From Candidatus Doudnabacteria bacterium (GTDB taxonomy: Bacteria > Patescibacteriota > Doudnabacteria > UBA920 > O2-02-FULL-48-8), in contig JBBCGO010000001.1 in assembly GCA_037200925.1 (NCBI GenBank), forward strand, positions 601,607 through 665,606: DNA of 64,000 nt. Direction: 5' to 3'. The stretch's first letter is position 1. Each line of letters opens with the position of its first letter. The position numbers were made by a program, and so were the translations under genes. This document shows, in pieces, positions 57,422-64,000 of the stretch. Below the pieces are notes generated by a model that had not been told where the DNA came from, searched no databases, and saw only the letters and a program-made list of their open reading frames with translations.

Positions 57422-57467
57422 AAAAAATTTGAGTCGCAGGCCGAAGGCCGAGAACAAATTTTTTGAG
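57422..57467 (+). repeat. U-type palindromic element (A6-TTTGAGTCGCAG-GGCCgaaGGCC-GAGAACAAA-T6-GAG)
   Basis: It is followed by a roughly 65-nt leader homologous to the one preceding tRNA-Cys. Confidence 0.7.
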
Positions 57468-57533
57468 AGGAGCGACGACCAGACCGTAGCACTTTTACGG
57501 GGTAAAATGCGAAGCGTCTGTCAGTCGCGACGA

Positions 57534-57607
57534 GCGGGTATGGTTCAGTGGTAGAACATTGCCTTGCCAAGGCAGAGATGCGGGTTCGATTCCCGCTACC
57601 CGCTCCA
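57534..57607 (+). tRNA. tRNA-Gly (GCC)
   Basis: The acceptor is GCGGGTA/TACCCGC and the anticodon loop is CTTGCCAA. It ends with a discriminator T followed by CCA. Confidence 0.85.
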
Positions 57608-57617
57608 AAAGAAAGTG

Positions 57618-57646
57618 CTCCATATGAGGTGATGGAGTTTTTTTTT
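57618..57646 (+). terminator. Terminator hairpin CTCCATatgaggtgATGGAG followed by T9
   Basis: A GC/AT stem and a long T-run lie directly after tRNA-Gly. Confidence 0.6.
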
Positions 57647-57777
57647 GGAATCGAACGGGCAGAAGCGAGACGAGGCATCAGCCGAAGTCGAGCGTCGATG
57701 AAAGCGAGCAAGCGCAGCTTTCAGCGCTGCCCCGGGCAAGGCGCATTAGCGCCGCGGAATTCCCGCTACCCGCTCCA
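57647..57777 (+). repeat. D-type structured element homologous to the 37117 units, followed by a 19-nt exact copy of the tRNA-Gly 3' end (attcccgctacccgctcca)
   Basis: The conserved blocks are GGAATCGAACGGGCAGAAG...GCGAGCAAGCGCAGC...GCGCTGCCCCGG. The inner stem TGAAAG/CTTTCA here corresponds to CGAATG/CATTCG in the Leu copies. Confidence 0.8.
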
Positions 57778-57780
57778 AAG

Positions 57781-57812
57781 AAAAAATCCGACCATAATGT
57801 CGGATTTTTTCT
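57781..57812. terminator. Bidirectional terminator AAAAAATCCGACCataatGTCGGATTTTTT
   Basis: A perfect hairpin is flanked by an A-run and a T-run. Confidence 0.65.
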
Positions 57813-57815
57813 TTG

Positions 57816-58634
57816 CTAAACTTTCCTGTCGCGGCCCACGATTATTTTCAATGCCTTGGGCAGGATCTCTATCACCGCAGGTGTTTTGGCGATGACGCGG
57901 CTCCCGACGCGCAGGGGCAAGCCGGTGGGCGTCAGGACTTCTATTTTATTGGCGTGGATGACCGACGCTTCGGGAATTTCCTGATAATCGCCTGTGAGAA
58001 TTTGCTTGCGGTACCGGAAAGTTTTGGATTTGGACAGTTTGGGTAAAAGCAATACTTCGGCGCTGCCTTTGGCGTCATGGTTATTTGTGATTATTCCGCT
58101 GACCACTTTTGTGCTGGCCTGGTATTGTCCGTTCACCGAGAATTTAACTTCAAACGCAGGAAGATTAAAAAGCGAACGGATCAATTTTAAATTGAACAGG
58201 CTGCCAAATCCCCCATCCGGATTGATGCTTGGTCCGAACATGAGCTTTGATAAAAAATAATTGCCGTTCACCAGGCCCAGATCCAGTTCTTCTATTCTGC
58301 GGCCGCCGATGATCTTGGCCGCGCGCGCGATATCCATGATCCCGAGCATCTGGCCGATCCGGGTCTCAAAGATCGGAATAAAACCCACTACTATTTCCCG
58401 ATTTTTGATCGCATTGATCACGTCGTGCAGGGTATCGTCATAACCCACGGCGACAATGGTTTTGGCGCCGTGAAAAAAAGCGTTCTCCACCAGCTGATTG
58501 ATGGTGCGAAGCCCGGTCGAGCGCACGACTTCGCCCGAAACCCGGTACTCAGACAAAGACGAGTACAAAAGGTTTTGTACTCGTTCAAACTCTCTTTGTG
58601 AGATTTTCTGCGGGTCAACAATGTAGTAGTACAT
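57816..58634 (-). CDS. Diacylglycerol/lipid kinase catalytic-domain family protein (YegS/BmrU-like)
   Basis: The DAGK_cat region is present, with the motif IVAVGYDDTLHDVINA (an A in the usual first-Gly position of GGDGT). Confidence 0.65.
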   Translation of the reverse strand: MYYYIVDPQKISQREFERVQNLLYSSLSEYRVSGEVVRSTGLRTINQLVENAFFHGAKTIVAVGYDDTLHDVINAIKNREIVVGFIPIFETRIGQMLGIMDIARAAKIIGGRRIEELDLGLVNGNYFLSKLMFGPSINPDGGFGSLFNLKLIRSLFNLPAFEVKFSVNGQYQASTKVVSGIITNNHDAKGSAEVLLLPKLSKSKTFRYRKQILTGDYQEIPEASVIHANKIEVLTPTGLPLRVGSRVIAKTPAVIEILPKALKIIVGRDRKV

Positions 58635-58635
58635 A

Positions 58636-58995
58636 CTATTCCTGCGCGTCAGCTACAGCTTTCGGCTCCTGCATTTTGCATGCTCCCGAGAAGTAAGCTC
58701 CTTCGCGGATGCCCAAAGAACCGCAGCTGATATTGCCGATGACCTTTGCTGTTTCCAAAAGCAGCAATGATTCTTTGACCGTGACATTGCCTTTGACCAC
58801 CCCGCCTATCACTGCGTTGGCAGCGATGATGTCGGCGTCGATCTGGGCGTTCGGGCCGACGAGCAGATCCTGGGAAGTATGAACTTTACCGGAAACTACA
58901 CCGTCAATTTTTACGTTGCCGTTTGATTTCAGCTCGCCATCGATCCGCATGGAAGCGGCGACAATTGTTTCCGGATTTTGTTCTTGTCGGGCCAT
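58636..58995 (-). CDS. Bactofilin (DUF583) cytoskeletal protein
   Basis: The repetitive beta-helix pattern IDGELKSNGNVKIDGVVSGKV...ANAVIGGVVKGNVTV is present. Confidence 0.75.
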   Translation of the reverse strand: MARQEQNPETIVAASMRIDGELKSNGNVKIDGVVSGKVHTSQDLLVGPNAQIDADIIAANAVIGGVVKGNVTVKESLLLLETAKVIGNISCGSLGIREGAYFSGACKMQEPKAVADAQE

Positions 58996-59076
58996 AAAAA
59001 GTAAATTTCTAATTACTAATTTCTAATTGACCTAAATAATTAGAAATTAGATCAATTAGACTAATTAGGCCAATTT

Positions 59077-59541
59077 TTATTTTGCTTCTTTTATCGCCTG
59101 AATTTCTTCTTCGGTTAATTTGGATTCAGACAAACCGGCTTTCACGGCTTTGGCATAAATTCTGGTCCCTTCTCGGCCGTGAAGGGACGAGATGACTATT
59201 CCCTCGTCTGAAGCATCGAGCAGCGCCAAAGTAAAACTGATATTGCCGCCGGCATCATCAAACGGATTGAAACGCAAAAATCCAACCTTTTGGATATTGG
59301 AACGGTTATCTTTGTAAAGCCTGGTCAGGCTTTCATCCAGTTCAGTAAGTTCCTGGTTGATCTTCGTGATGCCGCGGTTCTGGTCGATCAGAATCTGCTC
59401 CAGGTCCTTGCCCAGGCCGGAAGAAAAAAACTCCCGGCGAACTCGGTCGAGTTTGGCAAGCTTTAACGCCAGCCAAATGACCGCAATAAGCAAGATGGCG
59501 CTTAAAATAGTGCTGATCAAAACTAAATATTGATTGTTCAT
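59077..59541 (-). CDS. DUF4446-like membrane-anchored protein
   Basis: An N-terminal TM is followed by a conserved LALLDASDEGIVISSLHGREGTRIYAK region. Confidence 0.45.
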   Translation of the reverse strand: MNNQYLVLISTILSAILLIAVIWLALKLAKLDRVRREFFSSGLGKDLEQILIDQNRGITKINQELTELDESLTRLYKDNRSNIQKVGFLRFNPFDDAGGNISFTLALLDASDEGIVISSLHGREGTRIYAKAVKAGLSESKLTEEEIQAIKEAK

Positions 59542-59545
59542 AATT

Positions 59546-59619
59546 TGGTGGACTTAGGCAGAATCGAACTGCCGCTTCCACAATGCGAATGTGGCGTCAT
59601 ACCACTAGACCATAAGCCC
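59546..59619 (-). tRNA. tRNA-Ala (CGC)
   Basis: The reverse strand reads GGGCTTA...TAAGTCC-A-CCA and carries the G3:U70 Ala identity pair. The anticodon loop is TTCGCAT. Confidence 0.8.
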
Positions 59620-59624
59620 ATGAA

Positions 59625-59855
59625 TTAAAATTTCAGCAAGTGGGAGAAAAACGCGTCAACGCGGCCGGTCGAACGATTGAAAAAATATAAACCGAGCAAA
59701 AGGGCCAGGAAGATCAGGTTCATCGTTACGACAAAGATCAGGTCCCGGCGCACTTGGCGATATTCTTCTTCCTCATTTCTTACTAAAACAGGATTATTTT
59801 TTATCATAAAAGTAGCTTGATTATATAGGTAATCGATAATTTTCTCAACCCTCAA
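59625..59855 (-). CDS. Small hypothetical membrane protein
   Basis: This is a 76-aa ORF with one TM. Confidence 0.25.
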   Translation of the reverse strand: MRVEKIIDYLYNQATFMIKNNPVLVRNEEEEYRQVRRDLIFVVTMNLIFLALLLGLYFFNRSTGRVDAFFSHLLKF

Positions 59856-59881
59856 TATCGCGCATTTATTTTGATCAAATT

Positions 59882-60103
59882 TTACAAACCGTTGATGGTC
59901 CGCTCAATGCGGGCTTGCGCTTCGCGCAGGTCCTGCTTGAGTTTGTTGCGCTCATCCTGTTCGCCTTGCAAACTCTCAGGCGGAGAATCATAGTGGCGGT
60001 CTATCGTGTCTTTTATGATTCCCAGGACATCATCGCGCATGTTTTGCAAATATTTCATTGCTTCCAAATGTTTATCCTTGGCTTCTTGTATTTCATCTGC
60101 CAT
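59882..60103 (-). CDS. Small hypothetical coiled-coil protein
   Basis: This is a 73-aa charged helical ORF. Confidence 0.3.
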   Translation of the reverse strand: MADEIQEAKDKHLEAMKYLQNMRDDVLGIIKDTIDRHYDSPPESLQGEQDERNKLKQDLREAQARIERTINGL

Positions 60104-60116
60104 AAATTTTTGTTAA

Positions 60117-61442
60117 TTATTTTTTAATTGATTTTTTTAGCTCTTCTCTTGCCACTTCTCTGTCGTCCCAGGGAATATAACCGTTTTTGACAGCCATTGT
60201 TTGCTCAGCCCCCTTGCCCGTGATGAGTACCAGATCATTTTGACCGGCGAGACTGAACGCTTTGGCGATCGCTTCCCGCCTGTCTGTAATTTTGAAAAGA
60301 TCTTCATTCAGTTTTTTTCCTTTTTCAATGCAGCCTGTTGCGACTTCATTAATAATTTTTTCGGGATTTTCGTCATAAGGATCATCCGTGGTCAGAATAA
60401 CCATGTCAGCACCGGCTGCCAGTCTGCCAAGAATCGGCCGGCGGGCTTTGTCCCGTCCTCCGCCTGTTCCACCCAGGACGTGAATGATTTTTCCATGCGC
60501 CCAGTTGTTAATCGTAGCATAAAGCTGGCGAAGAGCTTCCGGTTCATAAGCGTAATCAACCAGGACGCGGAAATTTTGGCCTTCATCTATCAGTTCCACC
60601 CGGCCGGGAATGTTCGGGATCTTTTCCAGCGCTTTTTTTGCAACAGTTATATCCACGTCAGAGCCGATCGCTGTAGCAATTGCCGCTAAGGCATTATAGA
60701 AGTCAAAAACTCCTTTTAAGTGAAGGCTAAAATCAGTATCCCATGCCTTAAATCTTATCCCCTGCTCTGAAGCTGACAAATCCGTGCCTCTGACTCGGGC
60801 TGTCGGATTTTTTCCATAGGTAATAATTTTATCAACCTTGAAATTCGTAAATTCCGCCTCGTATCGGTCATCCGCGTTGATAACTATCCCCTTCGGAATT
60901 TTTTCTTCGTTGATGATTTTGTAAGGCGACCTTTCCAGATGCCGAAAATATTCCAGCTTCGCGTTTTTGTAATTTTCAAATCCCTTATGAGCTTCGATAT
61001 GCTCCGGCGTCAGGTTCGTGAACACCATGGCGTCATAGTGTATGCCGATATGGCGGTGTTGCATGATGCCTTCGGATGAAGATTCAATGATCGCAAACCG
61101 GCAGCCGGCTTTTACCCCGTCTGATAAAAGTTTTTGCAAAAAAAATCTTCCCGGCATGGTGATCTTTTTTGGGTTTAACCATTCTCTGTCCGCAATTTTG
61201 AGGCTCACGGTTGATGATACGGCCGTTTTGAACCCGGCTTCTTCCAGAATTTTGGATATCAAATTGGCAGTGGTTGATTTGCCGTTCGTGCCGGTCACTC
61301 CGATAACGATCAATTTTTCCGAAGGCCGGCCGTAAATAAAATTCGCCAGATGTGCGAGCGACAAATGATACCAGTTCAGCAAAAAGTCCGGAGTAAATTT
61401 TTTAATCAGGTTTTTGAGCATATATATTCGGCAAAGCGGCAA
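60117..61442 (-). CDS. murE: Mur ligase family enzyme, MurE-like UDP-MurNAc-tripeptide synthetase
   Basis: The motif GVTGTNGKSTTANLI is present, with the Mur ligase middle and C-terminal domains. Confidence 0.65.
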   Translation of the reverse strand: MPLCRIYMLKNLIKKFTPDFLLNWYHLSLAHLANFIYGRPSEKLIVIGVTGTNGKSTTANLISKILEEAGFKTAVSSTVSLKIADREWLNPKKITMPGRFFLQKLLSDGVKAGCRFAIIESSSEGIMQHRHIGIHYDAMVFTNLTPEHIEAHKGFENYKNAKLEYFRHLERSPYKIINEEKIPKGIVINADDRYEAEFTNFKVDKIITYGKNPTARVRGTDLSASEQGIRFKAWDTDFSLHLKGVFDFYNALAAIATAIGSDVDITVAKKALEKIPNIPGRVELIDEGQNFRVLVDYAYEPEALRQLYATINNWAHGKIIHVLGGTGGGRDKARRPILGRLAAGADMVILTTDDPYDENPEKIINEVATGCIEKGKKLNEDLFKITDRREAIAKAFSLAGQNDLVLITGKGAEQTMAVKNGYIPWDDREVAREELKKSIKK

Positions 61443-62715
61443 TTAATCCCAATACCGTGAAAAACATCAGCCTCCCCTGCTGTATTGTAACAAAATAATG
61501 ATCGAACAGGCTCATAAATAAAAATAAGATTCCCAGGACCGCAAAAGTAAATGTCAGTGTTTCCCATGAAACATTTTTTAGCCTTGAAAATATTTCAAAC
61601 AGGATCAGAATGAATAATCCCAACCCAAGTATTCCGAGTTCTGCCGCAATAAAGATGAAAATATTATGAGCCGGCTGATATTGCCAGGCATCAAGTTTGT
61701 TTGCGGCTTCCAATGCGGGAATATAGTTCCCCACCCCGACCCCAAACAATGGATGATGGCTGAACAATTCTAAACCCAACCGGTCAAAGAAGGCTCTGTC
61801 AGTAATACTGGCTGAATTAGTATCTGAAACCCGTGCCTTAAGCGTATTTGGCATCAAGATAAGTATCGTTGCACATGAAACAATTACCGGAACAAGAATT
61901 AAGGCCATGAGTTCTCTTCTATTAACTTTGAGGTAATAGAAGAGGAAGCTTATGGTTGCGATCGTTCCCCCAACCCAGGCTAATCTTGAGAAACTAGCGA
62001 ATAGGCCTAACATTATTATAAGTAAGCCCACTGAAATTAGGGATTTTTGTCTCTTTGTTGCATGTGAAACAATAAAAAGACCGGATATCAGCCCAAAAAC
62101 AAGAAAAGCACCTAAAATGTTCGGATGCGGCATAGTTCCATAAGCCCGGATCAGTTTTTGGCTCCCAACTTGGATTGTTGCAAGCCCGGAAGTTCCAAGT
62201 GGGGCAATATATTCTCCCAAAAACCCAAGACCTAGAGAATGTTGCACGTGGAACTGAATTAAACCCAATATGCTTTGAAAGACTGCAGCGAGAAAAGTGA
62301 TCCAAAAAACTGTTAGGAACTGAACCTGAGTTTTTAAGACTTGGGAAACATATAGGATTATCAGAAGTAGTTCAGACCATTTTAAAGCGTTATATAAGCC
62401 TAAATCTAATCGTTTCATATGGAACAAGCTTAGCAAAATTAGGGTAAAAAAGGCTAATATAAGCCATAATAACCCATTTTTTGTAATCTTTGGTTGATCA
62501 AAGAGAAACCAGGCTATGAAACACACGATTAACAGAAGATCTGAAAGATAAACAAACAAAGCCAGATGATAGTTAAAATACCAACCTATATATGCCTGCT
62601 CCGGTTTGTAAAGAATTCTGGTTTGGATAGGAATAAAAAAAAGGAAAACATAGAACAAGAGCTCGTGAATTGGCTTATTTATTGTAGTATTTATAAATTG
62701 TTTCACGTGAAACAT
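61402..62715 (-). CDS. O-antigen ligase/polymerase-like polytopic membrane protein
   Basis: At least 10 TM helices are predicted, with a FSRLAW motif analogous to 24722..25858. Confidence 0.5.
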   Translation of the reverse strand: MFHVKQFINTTINKPIHELLFYVFLFFIPIQTRILYKPEQAYIGWYFNYHLALFVYLSDLLLIVCFIAWFLFDQPKITKNGLLWLILAFFTLILLSLFHMKRLDLGLYNALKWSELLLIILYVSQVLKTQVQFLTVFWITFLAAVFQSILGLIQFHVQHSLGLGFLGEYIAPLGTSGLATIQVGSQKLIRAYGTMPHPNILGAFLVFGLISGLFIVSHATKRQKSLISVGLLIIMLGLFASFSRLAWVGGTIATISFLFYYLKVNRRELMALILVPVIVSCATILILMPNTLKARVSDTNSASITDRAFFDRLGLELFSHHPLFGVGVGNYIPALEAANKLDAWQYQPAHNIFIFIAAELGILGLGLFILILFEIFSRLKNVSWETLTFTFAVLGILFLFMSLFDHYFVTIQQGRLMFFTVLGLIAALPNIYAQKPD

Positions 62716-63194
62716 ATATTATTTTGTTGTATATATAAGAATTATACATTTAAAAGAGGATTTGCATGTTATAGATTATTTTTCCTCTTGAAATGCCGGG
62801 CAAGACGTGTTAATAATTAATTACTTTCAATAGAAAGGGGGGATTGGTAGTGGCATCCGATGTAGCTCGCAAGAACAAGCTCATCAAACAGGGTCGTTTG
62901 CTCCGTGATCAGCCGGAAAAAGCCGAGATGACGCTTGGCGAGTGGTTTGCAGAATACGAAATACTCAGTGAAGAAGGAGAATTTTTGGAGGAGCAGGCCG
63001 CAATCGTGAAGAGACTGGCAAGCGTACTTACTTCCGTGCAGCTCGCCCGGCAGTCCAGAGAATCGAACGCAGCATCTGCTTGAGGTGTCGTCGATGCCCA
63101 CCCGCGTTTTAGAAAAAAGGCTAGTGTTCGTCTTGTGATGCAAAGTTGTTGCCCCCCAGCAGCATACAAACCATCATGACACTAGCCTTTCGTC

Positions 63195-63300
63195 GCGTCA
63201 GGACGCTCGGGCATTGCAAAAAAAGACGTCCGCTGAAGCGGACTAAGGCTCACCGCATTGGAAAGCGGTTCGCAATTCTTTTTTCTGCAACACCCTCGCT
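63195..63300 (-). repeat. Element 'B': an inverse-orientation homolog of element A (27-nt box at 63274-63300 as reverse complement, plus hairpin GTCCGCttcaGCGGAC with a T-run)
   Basis: The 27-mer matches 41420-41446 exactly. A conserved downstream block and terminator-like hairpin are present. It lies immediately downstream of tRNA-Pro. Confidence 0.45.
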
Positions 63301-63319
63301 GAAGGAATAATGGAAAAAT

Positions 63320-63342
63320 AAAAAACGCCTGAGCGTTTTTAT
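63320..63342 (-). terminator. Terminator hairpin AAAAACGCCTGAGCGTTTTT
   Basis: A GC stem is flanked by A and T runs after tRNA-Pro. Confidence 0.55.
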
Positions 63343-63416
63343 TGGTCGGGGTGCTGGGAATTGAACCCAGTCTACACGCACCCGAAGCGTGCGTACTACC
63401 GGTATACGACACCCCG
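63343..63416 (-). tRNA. tRNA-Pro (CGG)
   Basis: The reverse strand has a C1:G72 acceptor CGGGGTG/CACCCCG and anticodon loop TTCGGGT, ending ACCA. Confidence 0.8.
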
Positions 63417-63451
63417 TTTCATGATGTTTAACAATATACTATACTTTTTGT

Positions 63452-63883
63452 ATGAAAAAGGGAATTGATTTTATCGGAGTCGCAGTAGTTTATTTTTGCC
63501 ATGACGGCAAAGGAAATGTTTTGATGGGAAAAAGAAGCAAGCAGGCACGGGATGAAAATGGCAGATGGGATATCGGCGGCGGGGGCGTGGAGTTTGGTGA
63601 AACAGTTGAAGGCACTTTGAAAAAAGAGATCAAGGAAGAATACAGTGCCGATGTTCTAAGTTTTGAATTTTTGGGGTTTCGCGATGTGCACCGAGCGCAT
63701 GATGGGCAAAAAACGCATTGGCTTGCGCTTGATTATAAAGTTTTGATAAATCCTTTGAATGTAAAAATAGGAGAGCCGCATAAGTTTGACGACCTGAAAT
63801 GGTTTACGCTGGAAAATTTGCCTGAACCCGTGCACTCCCAATTTCCTGAGTTCCTTGAAAAATACAAAGAAAAGTTGAAATAA
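63452..63883 (+). CDS. NUDIX hydrolase
   Basis: The Nudix box GGGGVEFGETVEGTLKKEIKEE is present. Confidence 0.75.
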   Translation: MKKGIDFIGVAVVYFCHDGKGNVLMGKRSKQARDENGRWDIGGGGVEFGETVEGTLKKEIKEEYSADVLSFEFLGFRDVHRAHDGQKTHWLALDYKVLINPLNVKIGEPHKFDDLKWFTLENLPEPVHSQFPEFLEKYKEKLK

Positions 63884-64000
63884 AAAACCGCAGGAGATTA
63901 GTCGTGCGGCGGCTTCTTAAAAGCCTTGATCCTGTGTCTAGCTGAATTTATACCTGCCCTACTTTATGGCTGTGGCGATGTTTTTCGAGGATCGTTTCCA

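Noticed and set aside
57647-57777. D element plus tRNA 3' end considered as a tmRNA or a second tRNA-like gene
   Set aside because: There is no matching 5' acceptor strand, D-arm or anticodon arm upstream. Only the 3' 19-20 nt of the neighbouring tRNA are copied, which fits an att-like duplication better.
62817-63143. 108-aa minus-strand ORF and 79-aa plus-strand ORF (62851..63083, GTG start after a G-rich RBS)
   Set aside because: The two overlap completely and have no recognisable domains. The minus ORF also overlaps element B. The plus ORF could be a genuine small protein, but the evidence is too weak to call it.

Overview
The window is a 64-kb chromosomal segment from a small-genome, Gram-positive-like bacterium, possibly a Patescibacteria/CPR-like lineage. 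The lineage call is inference from a short-form YidC, FemAB, VanW, YtxG/YtxH-like proteins, sortases and GC of about 40-48% in core genes. The window spans the replication-origin neighbourhood, with rpmH-rnpA-yidD-yidC-jag on the plus strand facing dnaA-dnaN-recF on the minus strand across an AT-rich DnaA-box region. Housekeeping genes present include ruvA, ruvB, ruvC, yebC, uvrB, polA, gyrA, tyrS, rpsT, rpsA, tsaB, tsaE, a PilB/GspE-type ATPase, PBP1A, a MurE-like ligase and an M29 aminopeptidase. At least 12 conserved genes are split by single-base indels at homopolymer runs. This pattern fits systematic sequencing or assembly error better than pseudogenisation. The accessory part, roughly 36-57 kb, is bounded by tRNA genes: tRNA-Cys and tRNA-Leu at 37 kb, and a tRNA-Leu/Val/Phe/Gly operon at 57 kb. 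It contains the following:
- Two paralogous histidine-kinase/response-regulator modules. One kinase carries about 400 aa of near-identical coiled-coil tandem repeats.
- A high-GC island with two sortases and several DUF11-repeat surface proteins carrying non-canonical sorting signals (FPETG, LPAAG), plus DUF3494 ice-binding-like domains.
- An ATP-grasp plus alpha/beta-hydrolase gene pair.
- Several families of short structured repeats tied to tRNA genes. These are palindromic 'U' elements upstream, and 'D' elements followed by exact copies of the tRNA 3' end downstream, with compensatory base changes between copies.
I consider these tRNA-associated elements, together with the surface-protein/sortase island and the repeat-bearing kinase, the most likely candidates for something previously undescribed. 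No rRNA, CRISPR array or transposase was seen.
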